From NCBI RefSeq assembly GCF_009914755.1, contig NC_060942.1: a stretch of 64,000 nucleotides of DNA; one strand, 5' to 3'. The first letter of the stretch is position 1. Each line of letters opens with the position of its first letter. The notes under the pieces were generated by a model. That model was not told the origin of the DNA and did not search any database. It worked only from the letters and a program-made list of their open reading frames with translations. A program made the translations under genes and the position numbers. Of this stretch, positions 13,972 through 25,632 are shown one piece after another. Source of the DNA: the human T2T-CHM13v2.0 reference genome, Homo sapiens.

Positions 13972-14398
13972 TGTTTTAGCTTAGTTTCCAAGAAACAGAT
14001 TCTGAGATGGAGGTTTGTGTACAGGAAGTTGATTTGTAAGTGCTCTTCGGAAAAGCAGTTCTAAGAGAAAAAGAAGAGCAGGGTTTAGCAGAAGGAGCGA
14101 TTAAACTACCACACAGTGGTCACAAAGGCAACCTGTCTGGAGCTCTGCAGAGGGATAGTCTTTCTGAATTCCCCTACAGAGATGTCAGGGCCTTTGAATT
14201 TATCCAGAGACCAGTCATTGGATGCTGACTTCCCAGGGAAGGGATTTGCAAACTTGTGTGAGGAGGCCTCTTTTGGCTGAAGGAAATTTCTGGAGAAGGA
14301 CTCAGCTGTGAACTGTCAGCAGTGGGTAACTCACAGCAGCCAGGGATGAGTGCTTGCATCTCCAAAGAAAGTTCTAGGCTGCACCCCACACTTTCACT
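13972..14398 (-). mobile_element. LTR16A-type ERVL solo LTR
   Basis: gaccagtcattggatgctg; ggactcagctgtgaactgtcagcag; cagcagccagggatgagtgc match the recalled LTR16A reverse strand. Confidence 0.75.
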
Positions 14399-15206
14399 GG
14401 ATTTCAATTGTGTGAAGAGACCATGTCTTACCTTCCTTTCTATTTGTCTCAATGCCTAGAATTGGGCCTGTTTCAGAGTAACTGACCAATGAATCATTGG
14501 TTATATTATTATTCATTAAAAATGTGCGCTCTTTGACTTTTAAGATTGTAATAATAAAATACATCATTGTAATTTTATCACTACTCTTCAGGTTCAAAAA
14601 ACTTATGTTTCCAATTTACCATGGCACGAACTGAGTACATAAATCTTATTTGCCTGTAATAAGAATATTGATGACAGAACTGTAACATTCATCATGGTCT
14701 TTTATGTTCAACTGTAGTGTTCTTTATTTAAAAAATCAAGACAAGGGCTTCTGGAGAGATTAAGAGAAATAAATGGAAAATTATGACTCATAAAATGTTA
14801 AAGACAGTTTAGAATTGGAAACCGGGTAAAATTCTTGTTATCCAGTTAAAACATACCCTGCAAAAAAAGGTTGTTAAGATTATGTTCAAAGACAATATAC
14901 AGAAATTCAAATAGCCTACTACCCTTCCTTACAACAGTGACTGTATGATTACAATATCCTATTAGGAGAAAATCCCATTCTGAAGACTAAATATCTGAAA
15001 GAGAAAGGATGAACTTAAAAAAAAAAAAAGGAATAAACAAAAATGTTGATATAGAGCATGAAAGACAAAAAGAAAGCACAGAACAAATGTTCCCAAATAG
15101 CTATGCCACTAAATAAGTGAACGCTTTATAACAGGGGAAATCAGAATAAAATTTAAAATGTTATAAGACATGTTACTTTGTAAATTAAGAACAAAATACA
15201 GAATAA

Positions 15207-15474
15207 TTTTTGTTTGTTTGTTTGTTTTTTAGACAGAGTCTCACTCTGTCACCCAGGCTCCGCCTCCCAGGTTCAAGTGATTCTCCGGCCTCAGCCTCCT
15301 GAGTAGCTGACATTACAGGTGCGTACCACCACGCCCAGCTAATTTTTTGTATTTTTAGTAGAGATGGGTTTTCATCGTGTTAGTCAGGATGGTCTTGATT
15401 TCCTGACCTTGTGATCTGTCCGCTTCGGCCTCCCAAATTGCTGGGATTACAGGTGTGAGGCACCGCGCTGGGCC
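15207..15474 (-). mobile_element. AluS (Sc-like) with a ~36-bp right-arm deletion and (TTTG)n tail
   Basis: acccaggct|ccgcctccc junction lacks ggagtgcagtgg...actgcaac. TSD cagaataa on both sides. Confidence 0.9.
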
Positions 15475-16759
15475 CAGAATAAAAATATGTAAAGATTAAT
15501 GGTAACAGACAGATAAAAAGCCAGCCTAACTGAAGAAAGAAATATGGAATTAAAAAAAAATCAACACAGAAATGACAGTAGTACAAAAAAAGTAGAATTT
15601 AGGATAGGGGACTTGAGGAAATAAGCAATTTTAATTGGAATATAACTGCAGTAAAATTATGTGAAGAAAATTAAAAAATATTGATTATAGGCAAAAGTAA
15701 AGCTAAATAAGGCTATGTGAACCTTCCCATAAAAAGAAAAAAATCAAACCAAAAATGGTAAAAATGTCCCTTTAAACAAGCGTTGCCTGCAGAATTAGCT
15801 TGAATATGTAGATTGAAAATACAGAATATGAACAAGAAAATGTAACAGAACATTAAAAGCACACATTCTGCTAAGATTTTTAGACCTGAAGGATATAGAA
15901 ATAATTTGAACCATTGCCAGCATGCCCCAAGAATCACCTACATAGGAAAAATAGCTGATGAATTTTGGACATCTGCCTTAGTAGAACACTAACAGATGTT
16001 CTCCAATATGTGACAGCCCAATGTAATAGCTATTTCCTGAGAACAGAAACTGAGACTTCACTCAGTCTGTAATGGAGTAGCCATGATAGTAAGAATTGAA
16101 TTCATTAATTGTTGAACTAGGGTAAGTACTGGTACTAATTACATGATAAATGTTACAAACTTTACAATAATGAAATAATAGCTTGGTTGTTTTTCAAAAT
16201 AGTGCCTGTTTGTTAAAGCACTTCACAAGAGTACACATTGTATATGAAAAGAGACATCTTTCTCTCACTTCTCTAATGTCGCTGTAGAAAAATAGAGTTG
16301 GGAGCAGGAGTATGTTACTTACAACAACGTGGTATTTGGCTAAATCATTAAATATATGCCAGAGTGGAAACCGGCGACCACCTGCCTTCCCCACTTTTGT
16401 TGCACGTGTCAAACACTCGGGGCGGGTTTCTGCTGTATCTCTCATGCTCTCTCTCTCTCTCTTTCTACGTGCCTGAGTGAGGTTTCCACCATACAGATTC
16501 CATACATGTAAATAGCTGCCAAACTATAGGTGATAGTAAAATGTAGGAATATAATTAGAAGTGATGTTTTGAGAATTTGTTGGCTTTGTTTCAAAGTATT
16601 TTATTTTATTGTAACCTAATATAATTCAATGTTAATAATGCCTATGTTTAACAACCAGCTTGTACAAATCTTGAAAAATTAGCAATAGGCTGTAAACTCT
16701 AGCTGTTTTTGTTCCCTTGGATTCTCGGCTCCACTCACTCAAATCAGGCAGTCCAGCAT

Positions 16760-17215
16760 TTTCATCCGCTGTTCTCCTTCTAGTGTCACATCCTGGAAAC
16801 TCTCTCAAGACATTTGTCTGGGAAATCACAGGACACAACCAGCCTATTTCCCTTGTTTCAGAAATCAGTCTACTTCATTTCCTTTTACAACATTTTATTG
16901 TATATATTTAAGGTGCGCAACATGATGTTTTGATGTGCATATAGATAGTGATGTGCATATAGATAGTGCATATAGATAGCCAAGCAAATAAACATAGTCA
17001 TCATCTCACAGTTACCTATTTGTATGTGTGTGTGGCAAGAACACCTAAAATCTACTCTTTTAGCAGAAATCCCAAATTCAATACAATAGTATTAAGTACA
17101 GTCCTCGTGTTGCTTGTTGCATTTTGTCCACTATTTTGAAAATCTTTGTTTCATATATAGTATCTAGTTTTTATTTATTTATTTGTTTTTGTGGGAGAGT
17201 AAATTGTGTTTCTGA
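16760..17215 (-). mobile_element. Old L1 (L1MC/ME) 5'-end fragment, interrupted
   Basis: ggaaactctctcaagac...ctgggaaatcacagga; tttgtttcatatat...gtgggagagtaaat. Confidence 0.5.
16885..17112 (-). mobile_element. L1MA 3' end fragment
   Basis: ttttattgtatatatttaaggtg..caacatgatgttttgat; acacctaaaatctactcttttagc. Contains an internal gatgtgcatatagatagt duplication. Confidence 0.75.
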
Positions 17216-19586
17216 AACAGGTTTTATGTGAAAGCCGTGTGAAATTTTTCATATTAATAAAAATCCATAACGGGATGAATGGGAATTGAGGAAATGGAAA
17301 CAATAAGAAAGATAATCATGTGGATATTTTTGTTTTAAGGCAGACGTGAGCCTGGAAGGAATGTAGCATCATAGAAATAAGATTTTTTTCCTTTTTTTTT
17401 TAAGAAATAGGGCATAATATCTTGACTTAAACCATCATCCTTTTACCTGTTTTATATAGTCCCTAAATATTTATGTTATACCATAGAATATGGTTTCTAC
17501 AAGTGATCTTCAACTTGTGCTTTAAAGGGATATAAATTCCTTTCTAAATGATATTTAAAAATTATTCAATGAAATTTTACTATGTGTGTTACTATGACCT
17601 GGTCAATGATTACATCTTATTTATTTATTTGCTTCTAACTCAATTTCTCCATTAATATGTTTATACCACCAACCTTATTTTCTTTCATCACTTATGCTAT
17701 TCAAAATATTTATGGAGAAATACTGAAAAATTTTATATGGATATTTAAAACAAGCTGAAAATTTATTACAATTATTTCTCTGTAATCAAAATAGGTATAG
17801 TAGTAAAATAACAGTAAATACAAATGTTCAAATTCTGGTGATTTTGAAAATCTAAGACTGAGGGCAATGAGTCATCCACCTGACCATGTAATAATATTCA
17901 AATTCATAACCCAAAGAGTTACGAGAAACAAGGAATAGCCAGGAAAAGGTAAAATGGAATTTGTAGAAAAAATAATTTCTGAGAAATTAAGTATATCTCT
18001 GTTTAAACGAGAAAAAATATATTTTGAAATATAAAGCTTCTAAAATTGTTGAAGATAGCTGAAAATATGTATTGATACCTCCCGTTCATGGCCAACAATT
18101 TAACTAGAATAAAAAATAATAATAGAGACATGTTTTAAAAAAGCTTAAATGGTTTGCATGACCACTTGTAAATTGCATATAATAATAGAAGTAGGTATTT
18201 GACCTGGACTAGAAATAGTTCCACCTCTACTCTGATGAGACCATCTTTCTGAAAGAGTTAGAGATTCTGCACAAATTGTTCAGACAACAGGTAGATACAG
18301 GGGGAGCAATGAAACAAGTGGGTATAAGCAGCAAAGATGTTTTTATACCTCAGGCTTTCAGGTGAAGGACTAATTGCCCTCTTGTCACATTACAGAATAG
18401 ATCAACTAGTTATTATGTGTAATGTTGGGCTATTATGATAGCATGGGCAGAGTTTTAGAAATAGTATACAGCAGCATTAACCATAGTTGCAGAGTCCAAG
18501 AAGAAGCAAATGGAAACATAATGTGTTTTCTAAGCAAATTCCTGTAATTTTTTATTCAATGCCTTCCTATTTCTAGAAACCTGAAAGGAAAGAATACTGC
18601 CTCAATTTTAGGAATGAGTGTACTGGCCTTTTGGATTATGAAACTCTCAACAATTTTTGGCATGTCTTCATTCATTCATTGATGTGCCTCGATTTTCTTG
18701 TCATACATTCTTCCTGATATTCTTAGTTCCTTTTTATTTACATTCACACTTTGTCTTTATGGTCAAATTACAGAAATCAAAAATCTCTGAAATTTTCTCA
18801 ACCATCATTTTCTATAGTTTATTTTAACATAGTTATTCCTACACCAATATTTCTGATAGCATAGAGTATAATTTGACTAGACCTCCTTCTAAAAACTGAT
18901 ATAAACACAGAATTATATCAGGTAAATCTTTTTTTTTTCTAGAAAGCATCTTCCTTTATTCTAGCATGGATCTGAAAGTCTCTAAGTAAATGAGACTACC
19001 CCTTGAGTGTGTGTGCCTCTGAAATAATTCTGCAAATGTCAGGAATGACATATCTATGCCATCCAAGATCAGATTGGTGATTATGTAGTTTGAGATATTA
19101 AAGAAGCTCATTTCCTTGACTAAGACGAATGATTCAGCCAAAAAACTCTTATGTGAATTGGTATTATGGTTTATTTTCCAGGCTGTGTGACTCAGTTTCT
19201 CATATTTGAAATACCTGACAAAATATACACTGCTAAAATGAGTAGGCTTAAAAACCTTGGGAGATCCTTAGAGTCTATAGCAGAAAATCCTGTTATGTTC
19301 CACTAAAAAGTCCAGACTTCCCAAGAAGTTTCCTTTTATCTGTTTTTAGGATTCCCTGTCAAATAGACCAGATATCCCATACTGAAATCTGTTTATTTGG
19401 TGATTTATTAGTGCAATCATCTAAAATATATTCTTCACTGCCTTTACAGGAAAATGTGCCATTTTTCATCAAACTCAAATTACGACTGACTGTAATTTGT
19501 GCCATGTCATTTACCAAACAGAATTATAATTACAATTGTAAGTTGCTGATTGTAAGATGTTTCCTGATTTCTGATAGATCAGTTTG

Positions 19587-19659
19587 TGAAATCTTGGTAT
19601 TTATTGTGGCAGTAATTGACTTTATTGTCAATGCTGTTGCAATAAATGCCAAGACTTCA
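19587..19659 (+). other. Pre-miRNA-sized hairpin (candidate structured RNA or ancient palindromic repeat)
   Basis: 19592-19620 pairs with 19627-19654: 23 Watson-Crick pairs, 5 G-U, one bulged A, loop TTTATT. The stem extends by TGAA/TTCA past one A-C mismatch. Confidence 0.6.
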
Positions 19660-20554
19660 GATGGCTTACCTGGATATGCAGATTCTTTAGGTGTCCCGTC
19701 ACAATTAATTAGCCTGTGATATCAGAATGAAGTATCCAAGAGGATGGATGGTACTTAGTATAAGACACCACAACCATGAGATTCTCTTTTAAATAAAAGT
19801 TTATACATTTGGCATAGTGTGTTTGACAAACTTGTGCATTCAGTCAGACTTAGGAGCACGATGTAAATAAAATGAGTTTCAAGAGATATTATGTAATTTG
19901 TAAGGGCCACTGAGAAATAACATGTTTCAGCACTATGTTTAGGGCTGGTAAGCTATCAAGTCATTAAGTAACTGTTCTCAAGCCCCTATGACTGGAAGTA
20001 GAAAAACTCGAAAGCAAGTATCAGTCCATGATAGGGTATTATCAAGAAAAGATAATTTGGATGTAAAGTAAAAATCTTTTTGCAAGAAAGATTTCAAATT
20101 AAACTATAAAATAAATTAAAATTGTTTAATTACAAGGAATAATTGAGTTAATTAAAATACATGAAATGCACAAAAGATCTCAAGACAGAATGCTGTGTGT
20201 AAGAAAATACTTGTTCATTCTTATATAATTATAGAGAATGTACATACAAGGTCTAACAACAATGCAATACCATGGATAATGATAACAAAATAAAGCTGTT
20301 GTTTGTATTGTTTGGCACTTGGTTTAAGTCAATGTATTCACCTCCAAGAGAGTGAAAGTTATTGACCTGAAACTCTGGTTGGATTGTGTTCAGCTAGGCA
20401 TAATGAAAAAGATTCTGTGTTAAAGAAAAATATAATCACAATCTAAGAATATTAATGATTCATAAAATATAAGCAATCATAAAAAATAATAAGTTGTAGC
20501 ATTGTCATCTCGTAGTCATAATCTCTTCCTGTACATTTTTCTTCTTAATTTTCA

Positions 20555-20680
20555 GATTTGTTATTAACTAACAAGTAATAATTATGCATATTTGTATATT
20601 TGTGGGATATAATATGATGTTTTGATCTATGTATATGTTGTAGAAAAATCGAACCAAGCTAAAAATATATATTCACCTTA
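20555..20680 (-). mobile_element. L1MA 3' terminal fragment
   Basis: gtatatttgtgggatataatatgatgttttgatctatgtatatgttgtagaa. Confidence 0.6.
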
Positions 20681-20995
20681 AACTCAGACTTAAAGCCTAA
20701 ATTCCTTTTGTAGGAATTGTAAACTGAGCCAATGCTGAACCCTGTGTGCAAATCCCTCCAGTCCTACCTTTCAGTGTGGTGAGTCATGCGACTCTGCTGC
20801 AGATTCATCCTCACACACATAGGCCATTTGAGAAATGAGAGCCCAAATGTTTAGTTTCAGTGTAGATGTGAGTACACAGCAGAACGTGAAAGTGTGATGG
20901 ATGATTCAGCCAACAGTTTCACAAAGGGGCATAAACTGCTTAATTAAAAACTGTCCAAAGTCACAGTTCAGATTATTCTCCAATAGAAACAGAGT

Positions 20996-23672
20996 CTAGA
21001 CATAGAATCATGTCATCTGCAAACAGCAAGAGTTTGATTTCATCTCGTGCCTTCTGTTTCTTTCTCTTGCTGATTGATCTGGCAAGGATTTCCAACACTG
21101 TGTTGAGTAAGAGTGGTCAGAGAGGGCATCCTTGTCTTGTGCAGATTTTTGAAGGAGATGCTTCCAGCTTTTGCCTATTCAGTATAATGTTGGCTGTTGG
21201 TTTGTCATAGATGGCTCCTATTATTTTTAGGTATGTTCCTTCAGTAACTAGTTTATTGACAGCTTTTAACATGAAGGGATGTTGAGGGATGTAAAGGCTT
21301 TTATCAAAAGACTTTTCTGCACCCATTGAGATAACCATACGATTTCTGTCTTTAGTTCTGTTTGTGTGATGAATCACATTAATTGATTGACATATGTTAA
21401 ACCAACCTTGCATCCCAGGGATAAATCCTACTTGACGGTGGTAGATTAGGTTTTTGATGTGCCACTAAATTTGATTTGTAGTATTTTGTTGAGAAAGTTT
21501 GTATCAACGTTTATCAAAAATAATGGCCTGAAGTTTTCTTTTGTAAGTGTGGTGTCTGTCAGGTTTTGGTATCAGAATGATGCTGGCCTCAGAGAATGAT
21601 TTGGGGAGGAGTTCCTGCACCTCAATTTTCTGGAATAATTTTAGTAGGAATGGTACCAGCCTTTCTTTTTATGTATGGTAGGATTCAGCTGTGGATCTGT
21701 CTGACCTTGAGCTTTTGTTTGTTGATAGGTTATTTATTACTGATTCAAATTCAGAAAGAATTACTGCTTTTTTCCAGGGAATCTGAAAGCTCCTTCAGCT
21801 TAACCAAAGTTTCAGGATACAAACACAATATACAAAAAAATCACTAGCATTTCTATATGCTGACAACAGGCAATCAGAGAACCAAATCAGGAATGCAATC
21901 CCATTCACAACTGCCATCAAAAGAATAAAATATGTAGGAATGCGGCTAACCAGTCAAGTGAAAGATTTCTACAATGTTAATCACAAAACACCGTTCAGAG
22001 AAATCAGAGATGACACAAATGAATGGAAAAGCATTCCATGCTAGTGGATTGAAAGAATTAATGTCATTAAAATGGCCATATGGCCCAAAGCAAATTACAA
22101 ACTCAGTGCTATTCCTATCAAACTACCAATGATATTTTCACGTAATTCAATAAAACTATTTTAAAATTCACATGGAACCAAAAAAGAGCCGAAATAGCCA
22201 AGACCATCCTAAGCAAAAAGAATTAAGCTGGAGGCATCATGCTACCCAACTTCAAACTATCCTACAGGGCTACAGTATCCAAAACAGCATGGTGCTGGTA
22301 CAAAAACAGACATGTAGCGCAATAGAACACAATACAGAACCCAGAAAAAAGGCCACACATTTACAACCATCTGATTTTCGACAAAGTTGATAAAAACAAG
22401 CAACGGTTGAAGGACTCCCTATTAACTAAATGGTGTTGGGGTAACTGGCTAGACATATGTAGAAGCCTGAAAATGAACCCCTTCCTTACACCCTACACAA
22501 ACATCAACTCAAGTTGGACTAAAGACTTAAATATAAAACCCAAAACTATAAAATCCCTGGAAGACAACCTAGACAATATCATTCTGGACATAGGAACTGG
22601 CAAAGATTTCATGCCGAAGATGCCAAAAGCAACTGCAACATAAACAAAAATTGACAAATGAAATCTAATCAAGTTTAAGAGCTTCTGTACAGTAACATAA
22701 ACTATCAACAGAGTAAACAGACAACCTATAGAATGGGAGAAAATTTTCGCAAACTATGCATCCAACAAAGGTTTAATATCCAGTGTCTATAAGAAACTTA
22801 AGCAAATTTACAAAAAAAAAACCAACCTCATTAAAAAGTGGGCAAAGGGCATGAATAGACACTTCTCAACAGAAGACATACATTCAGCCAACAATCATAT
22901 GAAAAAAGCTCAGTATCATTGATCATTAGAGAAATACAAATCAAAACCACAATGAGATTCTATCTCAAACCACTCAGAATGGTTATTACTAAAAAGTCAA
23001 AAAATTGCAGATACTGGTGAGGTTGTGGAGAAAAGGGAACACTTACACACTACTGATGGAAGTGTAAATTAATTCAACCATTGTGGAAAGCAGTGTGGCA
23101 GTCACTCAAAGAACTAAAAACAGAATTACCATTTTAACAGGAATCTTATTGCTGTGTTTATACCCAAAAAAAATATAAGTCCTTCTGCCATAAAGACACA
23201 TGCATGAATATGTTCATTGAAACACTATTCACAATAGCGAAAGCATGGAATCAATCTAAAAGCTTATCAATGGTAGACTGGATAAAGCAAATATGGTACA
23301 TATACACCATGGAATACTATGCAGCCGTAAAAAGAATGAGATCACGTATTTTGCAGGAACATGAATGAAGCTGGAGGCCATCATCCTTAGCAAATTAATG
23401 CAGGAACAGAAAGCCAAATACCATATGTTCTCACATATAAGTGGGAGCTAAATGTTGAGAACACTTGGACACAAAGTGGGGAACAATAGACACTGGGGCC
23501 TACTTGAGTGTAAAGAGTGGGAGTAGGGAGAGGATCAGAAAAAGATAACTACTGGGTACTAGGCTTAGTAGCTGAGTGAAGAAAGAATCTGTACAACAAA
23601 CCCCAGTGACATCAGTTTACCTGTGTAACAAACTGCACGTGTATCCCTGCAGCTAAAATAAGTTAATAAAAA
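20996..23672 (+). mobile_element. L1PA14/15-like, 5'-inverted (antisense ~20996-21782, sense ~21783-23672)
   Basis: The antisense ORF2 RT piece has FADDMI at its outer end. The sense piece resumes ~20 nt downstream in L1 coordinates (aaagctccttcagct). 3'UTR gagaggatcagaaaaagataactactgggtactaggcttag. Degenerate TSD agaaacagagtc / agagacagtc. Confidence 0.9.
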
Positions 23673-23852
23673 GAGACAGTCAATATGATTCTTTTAATTT
23701 TCTCCATGTTTGTTACTGTTACAAACTTGATTGGCAGGATTTTAACCACTTATATGGGGTTATCTCCCCAGCAGATAAGCGCCATAAAATGTATGCATAG
23801 GCTAACCTAATAAACAAAAAAAAAATGGTCTGAAAATAAATAAGAATTTGCA

Positions 23853-25632
23853 TTGATCCCTTTACCATTATGTAATGCCCTTCTTTGTCTTTTTTTTTTT
23901 TTTATCTTTTTTGGTTTAAAATCTGTTTTGTCAGGGACTAGGATTGTAAACCCTGCTTTTTTTTGCTTTCCATTTGCTTGGAAAATATTCCTCCATTCTT
24001 TTATTTTAAGCCTATGTGTGTCTTTGCATGTAAGATGGAAAGTAATGTATAGATTAAATGCAATCCCCATCAAGCTACCATTGACTTTCTTCACAGAATT
24101 AGAAAAAAACTATTTTAAATTTCATATGGAAATACGTATATAAATATATACATAAAAATAATATAGCTGAGACAATCCTAAGCAAAAAGAACAAAGCTGG
24201 AGACATCACGCTACCTGACTTCAAACTATGCTACAAGCCTACAGTAACCAAAACCACATGGTACTGGTATCAAAACAGAAGTATAGATCAAAGGAACAGA
24301 ACACAGGCCTCAAAAATAATGACACGCATCTACAACCATCCGATCTTTGATAAGCCTGACAAAAACAAGCAATGGGGAAAGGATTCTCCATTTAATAAAT
24401 GGTGTTGGGAAAACTGGCTAGCCACATGCAGAAAACTGAAACTGGACCCTTTCCTTACACCTTATACAAAAATTAACTCAAGATGGATTAAAGTCTTAAA
24501 CACAAGACCTAAAACCATAAAAACCCTAGAAGAAAACCTAGGCAATTCCACTCAGAACATAGGAATGGGCAAAGCCTTGGTGACTAAAACACCAAAAGCA
24601 ATGGCAACAAAAGCCAAAATTGACAAATAGTATCTAATTAAACTAATGAGCTTCTGCACAGCAAAATAAGCTATCATCAGCATGAACAGGCTACCTACAG
24701 AATGGGATAAAATTTTTGCAATCTATCCATCTGACAAAGGGCTAATATCCAGAAGCCACAAGGAACTTAAACAAATTTACAGGAAGAAAAAAAAAACCCC
24801 AACAAAAAGTGGGTGAAGGATATGAACAGACACTTCTCAAAAGAAAACATTTATGTGGCCAACAAACACATGTGAAAAAGCTCATCATCACTGGCCATTA
24901 GAGAAATGCAAATCAAAACCACAATGAGATACCATCTCACACCAGTTAGAATGGCAATCATTAAAAAGTCAGGAAACAACAGATGGTGGAGAGAATGTGG
25001 AGAAATAGGAATGCTTTTACACTATTGGTGGTAGTATAAATTAGTTCAACCATTGTGGAGGACAGTGTGGCAATTCCTCAAGGATCTAAAACCAGAAATG
25101 CCATTTGACCCAGCAATCCCATTCCTGGGTAGATATCCAAAGGGTTATAAATAATTCTACTATAAAGACACATGCACACGTATGTTTATATTGTGGCACT
25201 GTTCACAATAGCAAAGACTTGAAACCAACCCAAATGCCCACCAATTAAAGACTGGTTAAAGAAAATGTGGCACTTATATACCATAGAATACTATGCAGCC
25301 ATAAAAAAGGATGAGTTTATGCCCTTTGCAGGGACATGGATGAAGCTGGAAACCATCATTCTCAGCAAACTAACACAGGAACAGAAAACCAGGCACCACA
25401 CGTTCTCACTCATAAGTGGGAGTTGAACAATGAGAACACATGGACGCAGGGAGGGGAACATCACACACCAGGGGGTGGAGGCCTATGGGAAGCATAGCAT
25501 TAGGAGAAATACCTAATGTAGATGATGGGTTGATGGGTGCAGCAAACCACCATGGCACATGTGTACCTATGTAACAAACCTGCACGTTCTGCACATGTAT
25601 CCCATAACTTTAAGTAGGATTATAATAAAGAA
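23853..25632 (+). mobile_element. L1PA7/8-like, 5'-inverted with a large internal loss
   Basis: An antisense endonuclease-domain piece (~23853-24038; [24 protein letters not shown]) is joined to sense late ORF2 plus 3'UTR. TSD aagaatttgca at 23842-23852 and 25633-25643. Confidence 0.92.

Noticed and set aside
21117-24630. L1 ORF2 peptide fragments in the ORF track
   Set aside because: Decayed with stops and frameshifts; not functional CDS.
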